Part shown: positions 20,314-29,779 of the stretch, one piece after another
Layout: each line of letters starts with the position of its first letter
Position numbering within the stretch: the stretch's first letter is position 1
Assembly (NCBI GenBank): GCA_000002435.2
Contig: CM018793.1
Origin: Giardia intestinalis
Lineage: Eukaryota
Length of the DNA: 64,000 nt
Direction: 5' to 3' (one strand)
Program-made: the position numbers and the translations under genes
Notes under the pieces: generated by a model
Told to the model about the DNA's origin: nothing
Database searches by the model: none
What the model saw: the letters and a program-made list of their open reading frames with translations, nothing else

Positions 20314-20403
20314 GAGCGTCTAAGTCTGTAGATAAGGAGTAAATGTCGTCTTCTAACGTCATTTTTATCTTAAAAACAACTCATAATTCACTGCCCTCCG
20401 CTG

Positions 20404-22116
20404 ATGCTTTGGACTCTCCTCCCTGTCCTGCTGCCTGGTGCAGTCTGGGCCGTGCAAGCTGCAACTGATGATCCCGCTGCGCGGGCATCTGCTGCGTTTA
20501 AGGAGGGCCGGTATCGTGACGCGTCTGACCTGTATACAAATCTTATTGACGCGGCACAACGCCCACCTGCCGCGTATTATTTTCTTCGTGCCGCATCTTA
20601 TGAGGCCCAGCGCGAGATAGCTAGGGCAGTTGACGACTATCACAAGGTACTCGTGTTGTCGCAAAAACAGGATGTCAAGGCTTATGCTGAGAAGGCCAAG
20701 CTTAAAATGGGACGTCTCTGCTTAACAGGGTGCAGTCTCCAGTGCTCAAAGAAGTACTCCCTGGCCCTGCTGGATTCAGCTACGCGCACAGCTATAGCCA
20801 AAACGGATGAACAGTATCGGCGGGCACCGAGCATGACACTCGCAAAGCTGTCTGAGTTGGCAGAGACATGCTCAGCAGATCCTGAGCTAAGTAAGATCAT
20901 ATTAGTTTCTCAGTTTCGCGCCGGAGCAGACATCAGTGACATAAAGAAGACCATAGAGCGCCTGGTTAAAACGACAACAGCTGCCCCATTCACCCTGCGC
21001 TCTGTGCTTGAGATCTATGAGATAGTCTATTTGCTTCAGGAGGGCAACTTCTCCAGTGTGACAAAACGCGCCAAAGCAGCGTTACAGATGGATCCTGATG
21101 ATCAGTTTCTGGGGTCAGCCTACAAGATTGCCAGAGCCCTTTCAGAGGGTGTTGCTAGCTTTAGCAACGCAACCCCGCTGTCTCACAAGCCCAATCGGAC
21201 CGTCATTGCGAAGATCTTTGGGGATGTTGACAAGGCAGTCGGTCAGATAGATAAGTTCTTTGCCAAGGCAGAAAGCAGTGCGGCCTTCCTTCTAAAAGAT
21301 GCCTTCAAGACAAGTTTCAGACCAACCTTATCAGGTGCAAAGACCCAGCTTATGGGTGCGCTGAACAACTTCCGCTGTATATCTGATCTATACTTCCAGA
21401 AGTATACAGAGGAGTATTGCAGCTTTAGTGATGCCATGCTCGTCGACACTAGCAAAGATCTGCGAATTTCGTCTTTTAACAAGCACCTCTTAGCGCTCAT
21501 ATACGCTCTCCGCTCGAACATCCTGTTGGTATCTATAAATAACAAATATAGTAGGGGCCAGGACATAGAAGACGATGTGAATCTGGCCGAGAAAATTATT
21601 AACTATGCACACACTCTGGCCATCGAGGCCAATAGCCCCACTCAAGGCGACATTGAGACAATCAGCGACCAAGTCTTTACATATGTGCGCAAGGTCATTG
21701 TTCCTGACTTTTATAAGGTCCTGGGAGTGTCCCGCTCAACTCCGATAGCAGAGATCAAAAGGAAATATTATCGCCTTGCAAAGGAATATCATCCCGACTA
21801 CACTCCAGCTGATGCGACAGAGGAGGAGAAGGCTGTACGGCAGCGAAAGTTCCAACGAATTGCAGAAGCTTGGTCTGTTCTTAGCGACGAGACTAAGCGG
21901 AAGGAGTATGATTCTGGCCAATATCGCCGTGAGGAGTTGGAGAGCCGCGAACAGGCGCACCAGAGACGCAAGATGGGCAAAGCAAACCAGGGCCAGCAGC
22001 AGGAAACCTTCCACTTCCACACCGGAGGTGACGGGAACCAACACTTTTTCCGGTTCAATGGCGATGATCATCAGTTTTTCCGGTTCATGAATGGACAACA
22101 ATTCTTCCGCATGTGA
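20404..22116 (+). CDS. DnaJ (J-domain) protein with an N-terminal signal peptide and TPR-like repeats, p58IPK/ERdj6-like
   Basis: MLWTLLPVLLPGAVWA signal, then TPR-like helices, then a C-proximal J domain (DFYKVLGVSRST...YHPDY). Confidence 0.8.
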   Translation: MLWTLLPVLLPGAVWAVQAATDDPAARASAAFKEGRYRDASDLYTNLIDAAQRPPAAYYFLRAASYEAQREIARAVDDYHKVLVLSQKQDVKAYAEKAKLKMGRLCLTGCSLQCSKKYSLALLDSATRTAIAKTDEQYRRAPSMTLAKLSELAETCSADPELSKIILVSQFRAGADISDIKKTIERLVKTTTAAPFTLRSVLEIYEIVYLLQEGNFSSVTKRAKAALQMDPDDQFLGSAYKIARALSEGVASFSNATPLSHKPNRTVIAKIFGDVDKAVGQIDKFFAKAESSAAFLLKDAFKTSFRPTLSGAKTQLMGALNNFRCISDLYFQKYTEEYCSFSDAMLVDTSKDLRISSFNKHLLALIYALRSNILLVSINNKYSRGQDIEDDVNLAEKIINYAHTLAIEANSPTQGDIETISDQVFTYVRKVIVPDFYKVLGVSRSTPIAEIKRKYYRLAKEYHPDYTPADATEEEKAVRQRKFQRIAEAWSVLSDETKRKEYDSGQYRREELESREQAHQRRKMGKANQGQQQETFHFHTGGDGNQHFFRFNGDDHQFFRFMNGQQFFRM

Positions 22117-22223
22117 TGCGTCTTCTTTGGCCTGCGATGACCTTTTTTGGCCGCGGCGAGCTTTGTACATATTTAAGTAAATAGACAATTGAAAATAACA
22201 GAACCAATTAATTTTCACAAAAG

Positions 22224-23381
22224 ATGCCCCTAGCGGATCGCTTTCTTAATGTGGCACTCTCGTCTGGCATGCTCACGACAGGGTCCATTAATACCATCTC
22301 AAAGAAGTTATTGTATCAAAGCACAGGCATAGGTATCGACGGGTCAACGGAACTGTTCGTCAAGCCGTGGTTTCAGACGTCTTCCATGTTTGCTGGGGAG
22401 TGCATGTCGCTACTTGCATATTATATAGTTCAGTGCGCACGGAAAAGAGGCCCTACGGGCAAGATATACATGGATCCGACGAACGGGATTGGATATCACC
22501 GCCTCTTGCCCAGAATTATGGCCCTAGCTCTATGTGATCTTTGTGCCACCACATTGACTGGGATTGCCTTAGTATATTGTTCCGCCTCGATAACTCAGAT
22601 TCTGCGCGGGTTTGTCATGGTCTTCGTGCTACTCTTTTCATATCTATTCCTCAAGCGAAAGCCGACCAAATGGCAGGTGGTTGGTGTTGTTTTTAGTGTA
22701 ATTGGTTTGCTATTCGTAGGACTTTCGGCCCTCTTAGGTGATCTCGAAAGTGGTAGCACACTGAGTATGCTGCTGGGAATTGGCCTTGCTCTTTCGGCTC
22801 AGGTCATCTCCGCTATCCAGTTCGTCCTCGAAGAAAAGTTTGTTAAAGGGAAGGACCTTTCGCCCCTTGTCCTGATAGGCTGGGAAGGTGTATTTGGTTT
22901 GTTCTTAACCGTGGGTGTAGCGTTTCCAATTGCCTGGGCCATTCCAGGCGATGATCACGGAAGCTACGAAAATTATCTTAATTCGTTTTACATGCTGCGG
23001 AATAATGTGCAGCTCATCGCCCTTGTTCTTCTTAACTTCATCTCTATCTCATTCTTTAACTTCTTCTCAATAACCATGAGCAAGAAGCTATCTGCCACAC
23101 ACAGAACTTTAATTGATGCAATGCGTACATCCATCGTTTGGATCTGCATGGTAGTTGTTTACTATTGTACATATAAGTCCAGCAATGTCTATGGGGAGCC
23201 ACTGAATGTTTATAGCATTTTCGAGCTCTTAGGTTTTGGCTTTATGATCCTCGGCACGGTGACACACAACGATGTCAAGGGATTTGGAAGGAAAGTTGTT
23301 TGTCATCGCGAGCTTATGGTCCCAGAAGAAAAGGAAAAAGTTGCTCGGAATGACTCGAGAGTCTCATCCGATGACTTGTAG
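22224..23381 (+). CDS. Multi-pass membrane protein, SLC35F6 (C2orf18/TMEM-like) family of the drug/metabolite transporter superfamily
   Basis: About 10 TM segments. TGSINT, IQFVLEEKFVKG, FFNFFSITMSKKLSATHRTL and IVW align to SLC35F6. Confidence 0.65.
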   Translation: MPLADRFLNVALSSGMLTTGSINTISKKLLYQSTGIGIDGSTELFVKPWFQTSSMFAGECMSLLAYYIVQCARKRGPTGKIYMDPTNGIGYHRLLPRIMALALCDLCATTLTGIALVYCSASITQILRGFVMVFVLLFSYLFLKRKPTKWQVVGVVFSVIGLLFVGLSALLGDLESGSTLSMLLGIGLALSAQVISAIQFVLEEKFVKGKDLSPLVLIGWEGVFGLFLTVGVAFPIAWAIPGDDHGSYENYLNSFYMLRNNVQLIALVLLNFISISFFNFFSITMSKKLSATHRTLIDAMRTSIVWICMVVVYYCTYKSSNVYGEPLNVYSIFELLGFGFMILGTVTHNDVKGFGRKVVCHRELMVPEEKEKVARNDSRVSSDDL

Positions 23382-23543
23382 CGCGGTGCTGTCTTTGATG
23401 CCCTGCGGCAAGCAGCCGTGAGCTCCAATATTTTCATTAGTGTCTCATGAATCGTAAATTTACACTTTCTAATTCCTTTTTCGGTGGGATGAGATTGATA
23501 AGGCTGGGCTCCGTTGGAGTAGCGGGTTTCAAGTAATTAAAAA

Positions 23544-24536
23544 ATGGCAGACCAAGAGAATCTTTTCGACCCATCTGCATTTGAACCAAAGCGCCCCAAG
23601 AAGACCAAGCGTAAGGAGAACAAGACTGCAGAAGTTGATCTGACCAACTATACCGTAGAAAAGCACGGCAAGCTAGAGGTCTATATTCCCATCGATACCA
23701 ACTTGGAGCTGCCCCCAGAAGTAACTTTCGAGGCCACACGAAGGGCATCCGTCGCATATCAGACCAATCAAGCACAAGCTGCCGAGTCTCTTCTCAGGTT
23801 AGATAGAAAGGCCGACAAGGGTGCGGAGAAGCCTGTGGAGGAGACAGAGGCTCGAACTGCAACTAGTACAGCAAAGCAGTCATCGCCCGCGGATGACGCA
23901 AAGGCAAGTGGAGCAAGTGGGACAGTCGTGCCCGAGAGGAAGGACGGGGATGTTTTCGATAGTGCTGGAACCACGGTCAGACGCCGCAGAAGACGCGTGG
24001 CAGATACCACTGAGCTTGGTAAGCTATTTGAGAATTCGGCGAAGTCGGCAGATGACACTGGTCAGCCGAATCAGCCAACCGAAAGTTCATCCATCAAGGA
24101 GCTCACCTACGATGAGATGCTCACCATAATATTCACTATTCTCAACAAGAGAAGGGAGGACTCCGATAACGCACGCACCTTGAATGTGGACCTTAAGGTC
24201 GATTACCACGGCACCAAAAAGACTTTGTTCTACAACTTTGAGGAGATTTGCAGTCAGATGCACCGCTCTATGGACCATGTCGTTGCTTACCTTTCATCTG
24301 AGCTCAGGCAGCAGACGACGATTGATCACGATAACGTCCTTTCGTTTAAGGCTAGAATCTCAGCAACTCAGCTTCGAGGAGTTATCAGAACATACTTACG
24401 TGATTATGTGCAATGCAACGCGTGCCTCAGCTATAACACGCTCCTCTCTAGGGATGGGAGGATGTATCTAGTGCACTGTGAAGATTGTTCAGCTAGCCGT
24501 ACGGTCCCGGCTATATCCAAGTTCTCTGACGAGTAG
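23544..24536 (+). CDS. EIF2B: Translation initiation factor eIF2 beta subunit
   Basis: N-terminal lysine boxes (KRPKKTKRKENK) and the C-terminal C2-C2 finger YVQCNACLSYNTLL...LVHCEDC. Confidence 0.85.
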   Translation: MADQENLFDPSAFEPKRPKKTKRKENKTAEVDLTNYTVEKHGKLEVYIPIDTNLELPPEVTFEATRRASVAYQTNQAQAAESLLRLDRKADKGAEKPVEETEARTATSTAKQSSPADDAKASGASGTVVPERKDGDVFDSAGTTVRRRRRRVADTTELGKLFENSAKSADDTGQPNQPTESSSIKELTYDEMLTIIFTILNKRREDSDNARTLNVDLKVDYHGTKKTLFYNFEEICSQMHRSMDHVVAYLSSELRQQTTIDHDNVLSFKARISATQLRGVIRTYLRDYVQCNACLSYNTLLSRDGRMYLVHCEDCSASRTVPAISKFSDE

Positions 24537-24625
24537 CCTCACGGACGTCCAGTTAATCTTCTCCGTACCACCTGGGCCCCTTCGCCACGTACCCTTTAAA
24601 CTTCCTGGCGCTTGTTTACTTGTCT

Positions 24626-26482
24626 TTATTCGATAACCTTTAACGTGTAGTTTGCCTGAACTACATCCTTAAACAGATTACTCATGCGCTTAGTAAGGCT
24701 GATTTTGTATGGTGTCGGGGCTGTGGCGCGTATGTGGTCTGGACGCATGGTCAGAAGCTGCTCCACTACATATCGTTGAATGTCCAGTACTTGCGGGTGC
24801 TTCAGCTTAATGACTTCTCGCCGCTCACGGTCTACAGACGTCTCGTGGGGGTAGTTAATTTCTCCTGTCTTTAGAATGCAAGTGTGTACCGCTTCAACCT
24901 TGGATGGATACATCATGAGCTGGCGCGTTGGTGTGTGTGGATGTAAACAGTGGACTGGTTGCCGCTCTTTTATTTCCTCGTCTGGGCGTGCAATGAGGTC
25001 TACAAAGGGCGTGTGAGTGCTCGTGTAGAGGCGATAGAGTATCTTTTGCCCAGGAATGGTCACTTTTCCAATCTCATCACTGAACTTAATTCTTGGGATT
25101 CCATCCAGTTCTACAAGCTTGTACACGCCCCCAAGGCTAGGCTGAGAGTTGCATGTCACTAGGTGTGTCCCTATGCCAAACATATCGATACACGCACCTT
25201 CTTTGACCAAATTGTAAAGTATCTCCTCATCGAGGTCATTAGACGCAATCACAAGACAATCTGCAATAGACCCATCCTTCCCACAAAGAAGTGGGTGTGT
25301 GCGTATAGCAGCATCCAACGTAGAAAACGCTCTCTTAATCTCTATACTAAGAAATGAAAGGTCTCCACTATCCAGACGCACACCGCGTGGCTGCACACTA
25401 CATTCAATAAGCCCACACGCCACTATGAGGAAGTTATAAAGACCTGAGTTAAGTGAGTCATACGTATCTATGAGCGCTACAAATGAATTGGGATGTGTGT
25501 AAGCATAGATCATGAATGCACTTAGCTCGGTCAAATTAGCCCTGTAGACCGGATAGATAGGAAGCCTTTCATTAGTAGGACTCTCTGTGGCCTTATAGAC
25601 CTCGGGCTCTTTGGACTCAGCAGGATCCTGGGCGAACAAGCGGGCTTTCCAGTCCATGCACTTTTGTACAAAACTCTCAAAGGATAATGGCAAGTGGGCC
25701 AACGCGACTGAGTCCTTAGAACGAAGCAAAGACATAGAATCAGAGTTTTGGAGAGATGCTAAGAGTGCTTCGGGGGTATCGACAACGGAGAGCACAAATG
25801 AATGTGCCATAGTGCCAACGGGAAGAATGCCTAACTTTCTGGCAGCATACATATTGCTTGTTCCGTTACAGCCTCCCATGATAGCGTATTCAGAGGCACA
25901 TATGCCCCCATTCACCCCCTGCGCCCGACGAAGCCCAAACTCCGATAACACAGGGTTGCTGCAGATTGACTGTACATACGCGTTTCTCTGGTCATATGGT
26001 ATGGTAGAATAAATCTCCATAATCTTTTCGTAGTTGCATGCAACACGTAGGCGGCAAGCTTTCGTGCAAACCAGAGTCGGATAATTGATTAGTACCAAAA
26101 GAGTACTCTCCAGAAGTTGACAGAGCAAGAGGGGGCCGCGGACTATAATCACAGGCTCCCCAGCAAACACAATTGTTCCCTCCTTCGGGGCATAAAGCTC
26201 CAGCTGCCTCCATGAAAGGGTTTTGAGATAGTCAAAGAAGCCCGGGTCAAGGTCTGGTAGACAAAGCTTTAAATAGCTAATGTCATCGTCACTGAAGCGG
26301 AAGTCAAGGATAAAGTCCAGCAGATCTCGCAGACCAGCAAAGACGGCGTACTGTCCGTTAAATGGGTTCTGCCGGAAGAACATTTCGAAGGTTGCCTGCC
26401 GGTTTGCGAATCCTGCTTGGTAGTAGGAGTATGCCATAGTATACTGATAGAAGTCATTCAGCAGAGGAGTCGGGCTGTACAT
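24626..26482 (-). CDS. NAPRT: Nicotinate phosphoribosyltransferase
   Basis: N-terminal LLNDFYQYTMAYSYYQ, FFRQNPFNGQYAVFAGL and DFRF signatures. ATG (rc) at 26480-26482. Confidence 0.85.
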   Translation of the reverse strand: MYSPTPLLNDFYQYTMAYSYYQAGFANRQATFEMFFRQNPFNGQYAVFAGLRDLLDFILDFRFSDDDISYLKLCLPDLDPGFFDYLKTLSWRQLELYAPKEGTIVFAGEPVIIVRGPLLLCQLLESTLLVLINYPTLVCTKACRLRVACNYEKIMEIYSTIPYDQRNAYVQSICSNPVLSEFGLRRAQGVNGGICASEYAIMGGCNGTSNMYAARKLGILPVGTMAHSFVLSVVDTPEALLASLQNSDSMSLLRSKDSVALAHLPLSFESFVQKCMDWKARLFAQDPAESKEPEVYKATESPTNERLPIYPVYRANLTELSAFMIYAYTHPNSFVALIDTYDSLNSGLYNFLIVACGLIECSVQPRGVRLDSGDLSFLSIEIKRAFSTLDAAIRTHPLLCGKDGSIADCLVIASNDLDEEILYNLVKEGACIDMFGIGTHLVTCNSQPSLGGVYKLVELDGIPRIKFSDEIGKVTIPGQKILYRLYTSTHTPFVDLIARPDEEIKERQPVHCLHPHTPTRQLMMYPSKVEAVHTCILKTGEINYPHETSVDRERREVIKLKHPQVLDIQRYVVEQLLTMRPDHIRATAPTPYKISLTKRMSNLFKDVVQANYTLKVIE

Positions 26483-26547
26483 GCTTTTGAGCAGTTTAAT
26501 ATGGTTATTTATTTCAAAATCACATCGGTATCACCGTCCACTATAAG

Positions 26548-27048
26548 CTACAGCCTCTCAATAGCAAATTGCGAGCGGAGCCTCCTAGGTTTTGGCCGTT
26601 TCTGCACTGCGGTTTCGTGTTCCACGACAGCTGCGTGAGGATCATTTTCGAAAACGAAGGGCGGAAGCTCGTATCTGACAGAAGCTTCTGGTGCTCTAGC
26701 TTTCTGCTGCAGATCCGAGGGCACAGCAGCATATGCTAAGTTCCCTTCTTCCAAATTCTGGGGATCGTCGCGCAGGTTTTTATCGAACTTTTCCTTCTGG
26801 CTCTTTATGCTGTCCAAGACACTCTTCACCCTTGCCTTGACAGCGCAGTCAGACCTTTCCACAAAAATGCCACAGCCGAGGTGAACCACAAGAGGCTCTC
26901 GGCTGGGGTGCTTAGTGGATATGAGGGCCACGTTTCCTAAGCGCATATAGGGCCGTGGCTCGCCCCTCTCGCGAATGCCCATATGGCGCTGGAGGTTGCA
27001 GAGCTCGCTGTGCACCGCCGCCAGTGCGTCCGGGGCCCGGGGGTTCAT
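26548..27048 (-). CDS. Hypothetical protein, possibly prefoldin-alpha/UXT-like
   Basis: The start was moved from the track's 27186 to the ATG at 27046-27048, because the track's N-terminal 46 codons are the reverse translation of the tRNA-Val gene. The segment LVVHLGCGIFVERSDCAVKARV weakly resembles the prefoldin beta-hairpin. Confidence 0.5.
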   Translation of the reverse strand: MNPRAPDALAAVHSELCNLQRHMGIRERGEPRPYMRLGNVALISTKHPSREPLVVHLGCGIFVERSDCAVKARVKSVLDSIKSQKEKFDKNLRDDPQNLEEGNLAYAAVPSDLQQKARAPEASVRYELPPFVFENDPHAAVVEHETAVQKRPKPRRLRSQFAIERL

Positions 27049-27111
27049 CGTCCGTTTTACACTGAATAGATCGCTAAGACATAGGCATTTTCCGGTCTGC
27101 GCGCCCGCCGC

Positions 27112-27185
27112 GGTCCGATAGTGTAGCTGGTTAGCACGTTCGCTTGACGTGCGAGAGGTCCGGAGTTCGAGTCTCCGTCGGATCA
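27112..27185 (+). tRNA. tRNA-Val, anticodon GAC
   Basis: Cloverleaf with acceptor GGTCCGA/TCGGATC, D arm GTGT-AGCTGGTTA-GCAC, anticodon stem TTCGC/GCGAG with loop TTGACGT, and T arm CGGAG-TTCGAGT-CTCCG. Close homology to eukaryotic tRNA-Val. Confidence 0.85.
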
Positions 27186-28142
27186 CTTTCCGTTCACTGC
27201 GCGCGGGCCGCTGAGGTCGAGGGCCCGCACGGCCCCCACGACGCCCGCCGTGCTGCCGAGCCGGGGGAGCTCCGGCAGGGGCGGTGCTGACCGCCCGGTG
27301 CAGCCAGAAAGAGCTCCCAGCCTCCGGGAAAGCAGGGAAACGAGTCTTTTCGCCTCGGCGAGGAAGGAAAGCGGCTCCTGCTGCGCTACATGCTTCTCCG
27401 AGCTAGAGACAGACTCCATCACCAAACGCACCTGCTGCGTGAGGTCATTGATTTCTCTGGTAAGCGCCTCCCGATGCACGCCTGCGAGTCGAGTGAGTGC
27501 CCGTTCTAGAGTCACAAATCTCTCTGTAATTACATTAATGATTTCCACCTTTCGGTTGTTTAGATTACTAACTGCTTCCTCCAGCTGTAGATCCAGGTCG
27601 TGCTGCTGGCGTCTGAGCCTCCAGACATGCTTGCGAATCTCTGCAACTGCTAGGCGGATTGCAGTGGTCTTGTTGTGGATCGTGTTTCCAAAGTGCTCCG
27701 CCGCCTCTGTTATAGTGAGCAAGGCCTTCTCAGTGTACAAGGCTGACGACGCGCAGGATGTACAAATAAGCTCACCGGTTTGTACACAAAAGTAGTGGAC
27801 AGAGGTGTTTTTTGTATCTTTGTGGCTTAGTGCCTGACATGTGACAGGAATCAAAGCTGGTAGCTCCGGCGTTATCTTAGAATCTATTGAGGTGAGATGC
27901 GGCGAGATGGCCAAGCAAAAAGGGCACTCCATAGTATCAGGCGGGAGAGATTTGTTTCCCTCCACCAGTACCACAATGCAACGATCGCAGAACGTGTGTC
28001 CACAACCGAGCATAAATGCTTTGCTGAGCGAGAGACAGCATAGGTCGCAGTACCCTCTCTCCCAGTTGGCCGGGGCATCTTCTATGGCATGTATCACTGA
28101 CTTGTGGACGCCCTGTTGGCTATTCCGTAGTCCACGAATCAT
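27183..28142 (-). CDS. RING-finger, B-box-like and coiled-coil (TRIM-like) protein
   Basis: C3HC4 RING CDLCCLSLSKAFMLGCGHTFCDRC...CPFC, then a Cys/His box HYFCVQTGELICTSC...EH, then heptad-rich helices. ATG (rc) at 28140-28142. The stop overlaps the last 3 nt of tRNA-Val. Confidence 0.75.
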   Translation of the reverse strand: MIRGLRNSQQGVHKSVIHAIEDAPANWERGYCDLCCLSLSKAFMLGCGHTFCDRCIVVLVEGNKSLPPDTMECPFCLAISPHLTSIDSKITPELPALIPVTCQALSHKDTKNTSVHYFCVQTGELICTSCASSALYTEKALLTITEAAEHFGNTIHNKTTAIRLAVAEIRKHVWRLRRQQHDLDLQLEEAVSNLNNRKVEIINVITERFVTLERALTRLAGVHREALTREINDLTQQVRLVMESVSSSEKHVAQQEPLSFLAEAKRLVSLLSRRLGALSGCTGRSAPPLPELPRLGSTAGVVGAVRALDLSGPRAVNGK

Positions 28143-28216
28143 ACTTTAATTCATTACACTATGGCATAATAACCGTTTCCACTCTTCAGTCCCTACCTCA
28201 AGTGGCCTAGCACTAA

Positions 28217-29704
28217 ATGGCGGCCTTTGCAGATTGGCTCCAGAAGGCGCAGAGTCTCGCAGTTCAGGAGAAAAACGCTGTTACTGCCCTTCATTCCTCG
28301 TTGGAGCAATCCTCAACGCGTGGCCTAAACGTAGAGTTGAGGACTCTCAGGCAAGCTGATGTATTGGCCATTGCAGAACGCATCTCAGAGTCTCGAAAGG
28401 TCAAACAACATTTGGACCGGCTTCAATTCCTAGTTCAGCAGCTAGGGCTCCAGCTGACATCGAATGCATCTATTGAGGACATCAAGGAGCATGTACAATT
28501 GTTAGATAAACAATTGTATGGTGCACGGCAGGGCTGGGAGCAAGCAAACGACAACCTCCTTTCGCGTGAAGAGGAGCTTCGTGGAGCTGTTACTCAGGCT
28601 GAAGTGCGCTTTGCTACTCTCGAAAAGCTTTCAGCTGACTCCGTAGCAGCCGGTGCTCCTCGGCTACCTGTAAAGCGTACTTCTTCTGCTCCTGCATCAT
28701 CTTCACAACGGCCGTTTGCACGCGATGTCCGTCCAAGAGCGCTGCAACTGATAGAGGAGGAGATGGAGCGTCTGGGCGGTCGGACTGGTGGATGGGATCC
28801 AGCAGACCACGATAAGTTCTACAGCTACTGGAAGATGTCGGGGCAGCAGACAGATAAGCACAGATTTGTCAAGGACATACAGAAGCACTTCCCCCTCTAT
28901 ACGTTGGCTGCTCTTGTAGCACACAATGAGTTTATGGTACGATACGACGAGCTTAACAACCAGAGAAAGCGCTATATTGAGCGTTGGAGAGCCAATCAGG
29001 CTACAAATCTGGATATTCTCATGCAAGGCATTCAAGATCCTGCCACACTGACGCATAGTAAGGCTATGCAAGCCCGGAAAACTACGCAAGAAAAAATACT
29101 AGTCAAGGAACGCCTTCGAGCCCTTCAAGAGCGGAAGAATATGGACTTTGAAAATAACCTCGCAATTGGTCTCCGACGGAAAAGGCGACTTCAGCGAGAG
29201 GCCAGTAACGCTAGACGTGCACTACGAAAGCGTGCCCTCACAGCGAGGGCTAAGAAAACCACCTTGATCGAGGACCAGCCTTCTGAGCCTGTCGAGGACC
29301 TACTATGCACTAGCGCAGAACAGCAACGCAAGATTCAGGAGCTTCGACGACAACGACGCGCAGAGCTAGAACTACTTAAGAAGCGTCACGAGGACCAAAT
29401 TCAAGCTGCCGCACAAAGACGAAAACAGCAGGAAGAGGCTCATCGCCGGCGCTCCTTGGCTTCGAGGGACACAGAACTAGCAGAACACGCGAAACGTGTT
29501 CAGCCATTAAGCATTCAGCAAATCAAGCGGGATCCTGCACGAATCATGCAGCAGACAGCGGCAATGGAGGCCAACAAGAAAGTGTTAGAGGAGGCCAAAA
29601 AAAGACGAGAATCGGGAGAAAACTACCTCGTCAATGTAACTCAGGGCTTTGATCCCTTCAATCCTTTTCTCGGTGGACTTGCACAGCCACTGTGGATGCA
29701 CTAG
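28217..29704 (+). CDS. Coiled-coil hypothetical protein
   Basis: ATG at 28217. The sequence is long, heptad-rich and K/E/R/Q-rich. Confidence 0.7.
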   Translation: MAAFADWLQKAQSLAVQEKNAVTALHSSLEQSSTRGLNVELRTLRQADVLAIAERISESRKVKQHLDRLQFLVQQLGLQLTSNASIEDIKEHVQLLDKQLYGARQGWEQANDNLLSREEELRGAVTQAEVRFATLEKLSADSVAAGAPRLPVKRTSSAPASSSQRPFARDVRPRALQLIEEEMERLGGRTGGWDPADHDKFYSYWKMSGQQTDKHRFVKDIQKHFPLYTLAALVAHNEFMVRYDELNNQRKRYIERWRANQATNLDILMQGIQDPATLTHSKAMQARKTTQEKILVKERLRALQERKNMDFENNLAIGLRRKRRLQREASNARRALRKRALTARAKKTTLIEDQPSEPVEDLLCTSAEQQRKIQELRRQRRAELELLKKRHEDQIQAAAQRRKQQEEAHRRRSLASRDTELAEHAKRVQPLSIQQIKRDPARIMQQTAAMEANKKVLEEAKKRRESGENYLVNVTQGFDPFNPFLGGLAQPLWMH

Positions 29705-29779
29705 CTTTTATTAATTCAAGAGACTACGAATATACTAATGAACTTCCCAACCCTTTGTTTGCAGATCACTTAAATTAAA

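Noticed and set aside
27049-27186. The N-terminal 46 codons of track ORF 26548..27186
   Set aside because: They are the reverse-complement translation of the tRNA-Val gene. The true start is the ATG at 27046-27048.
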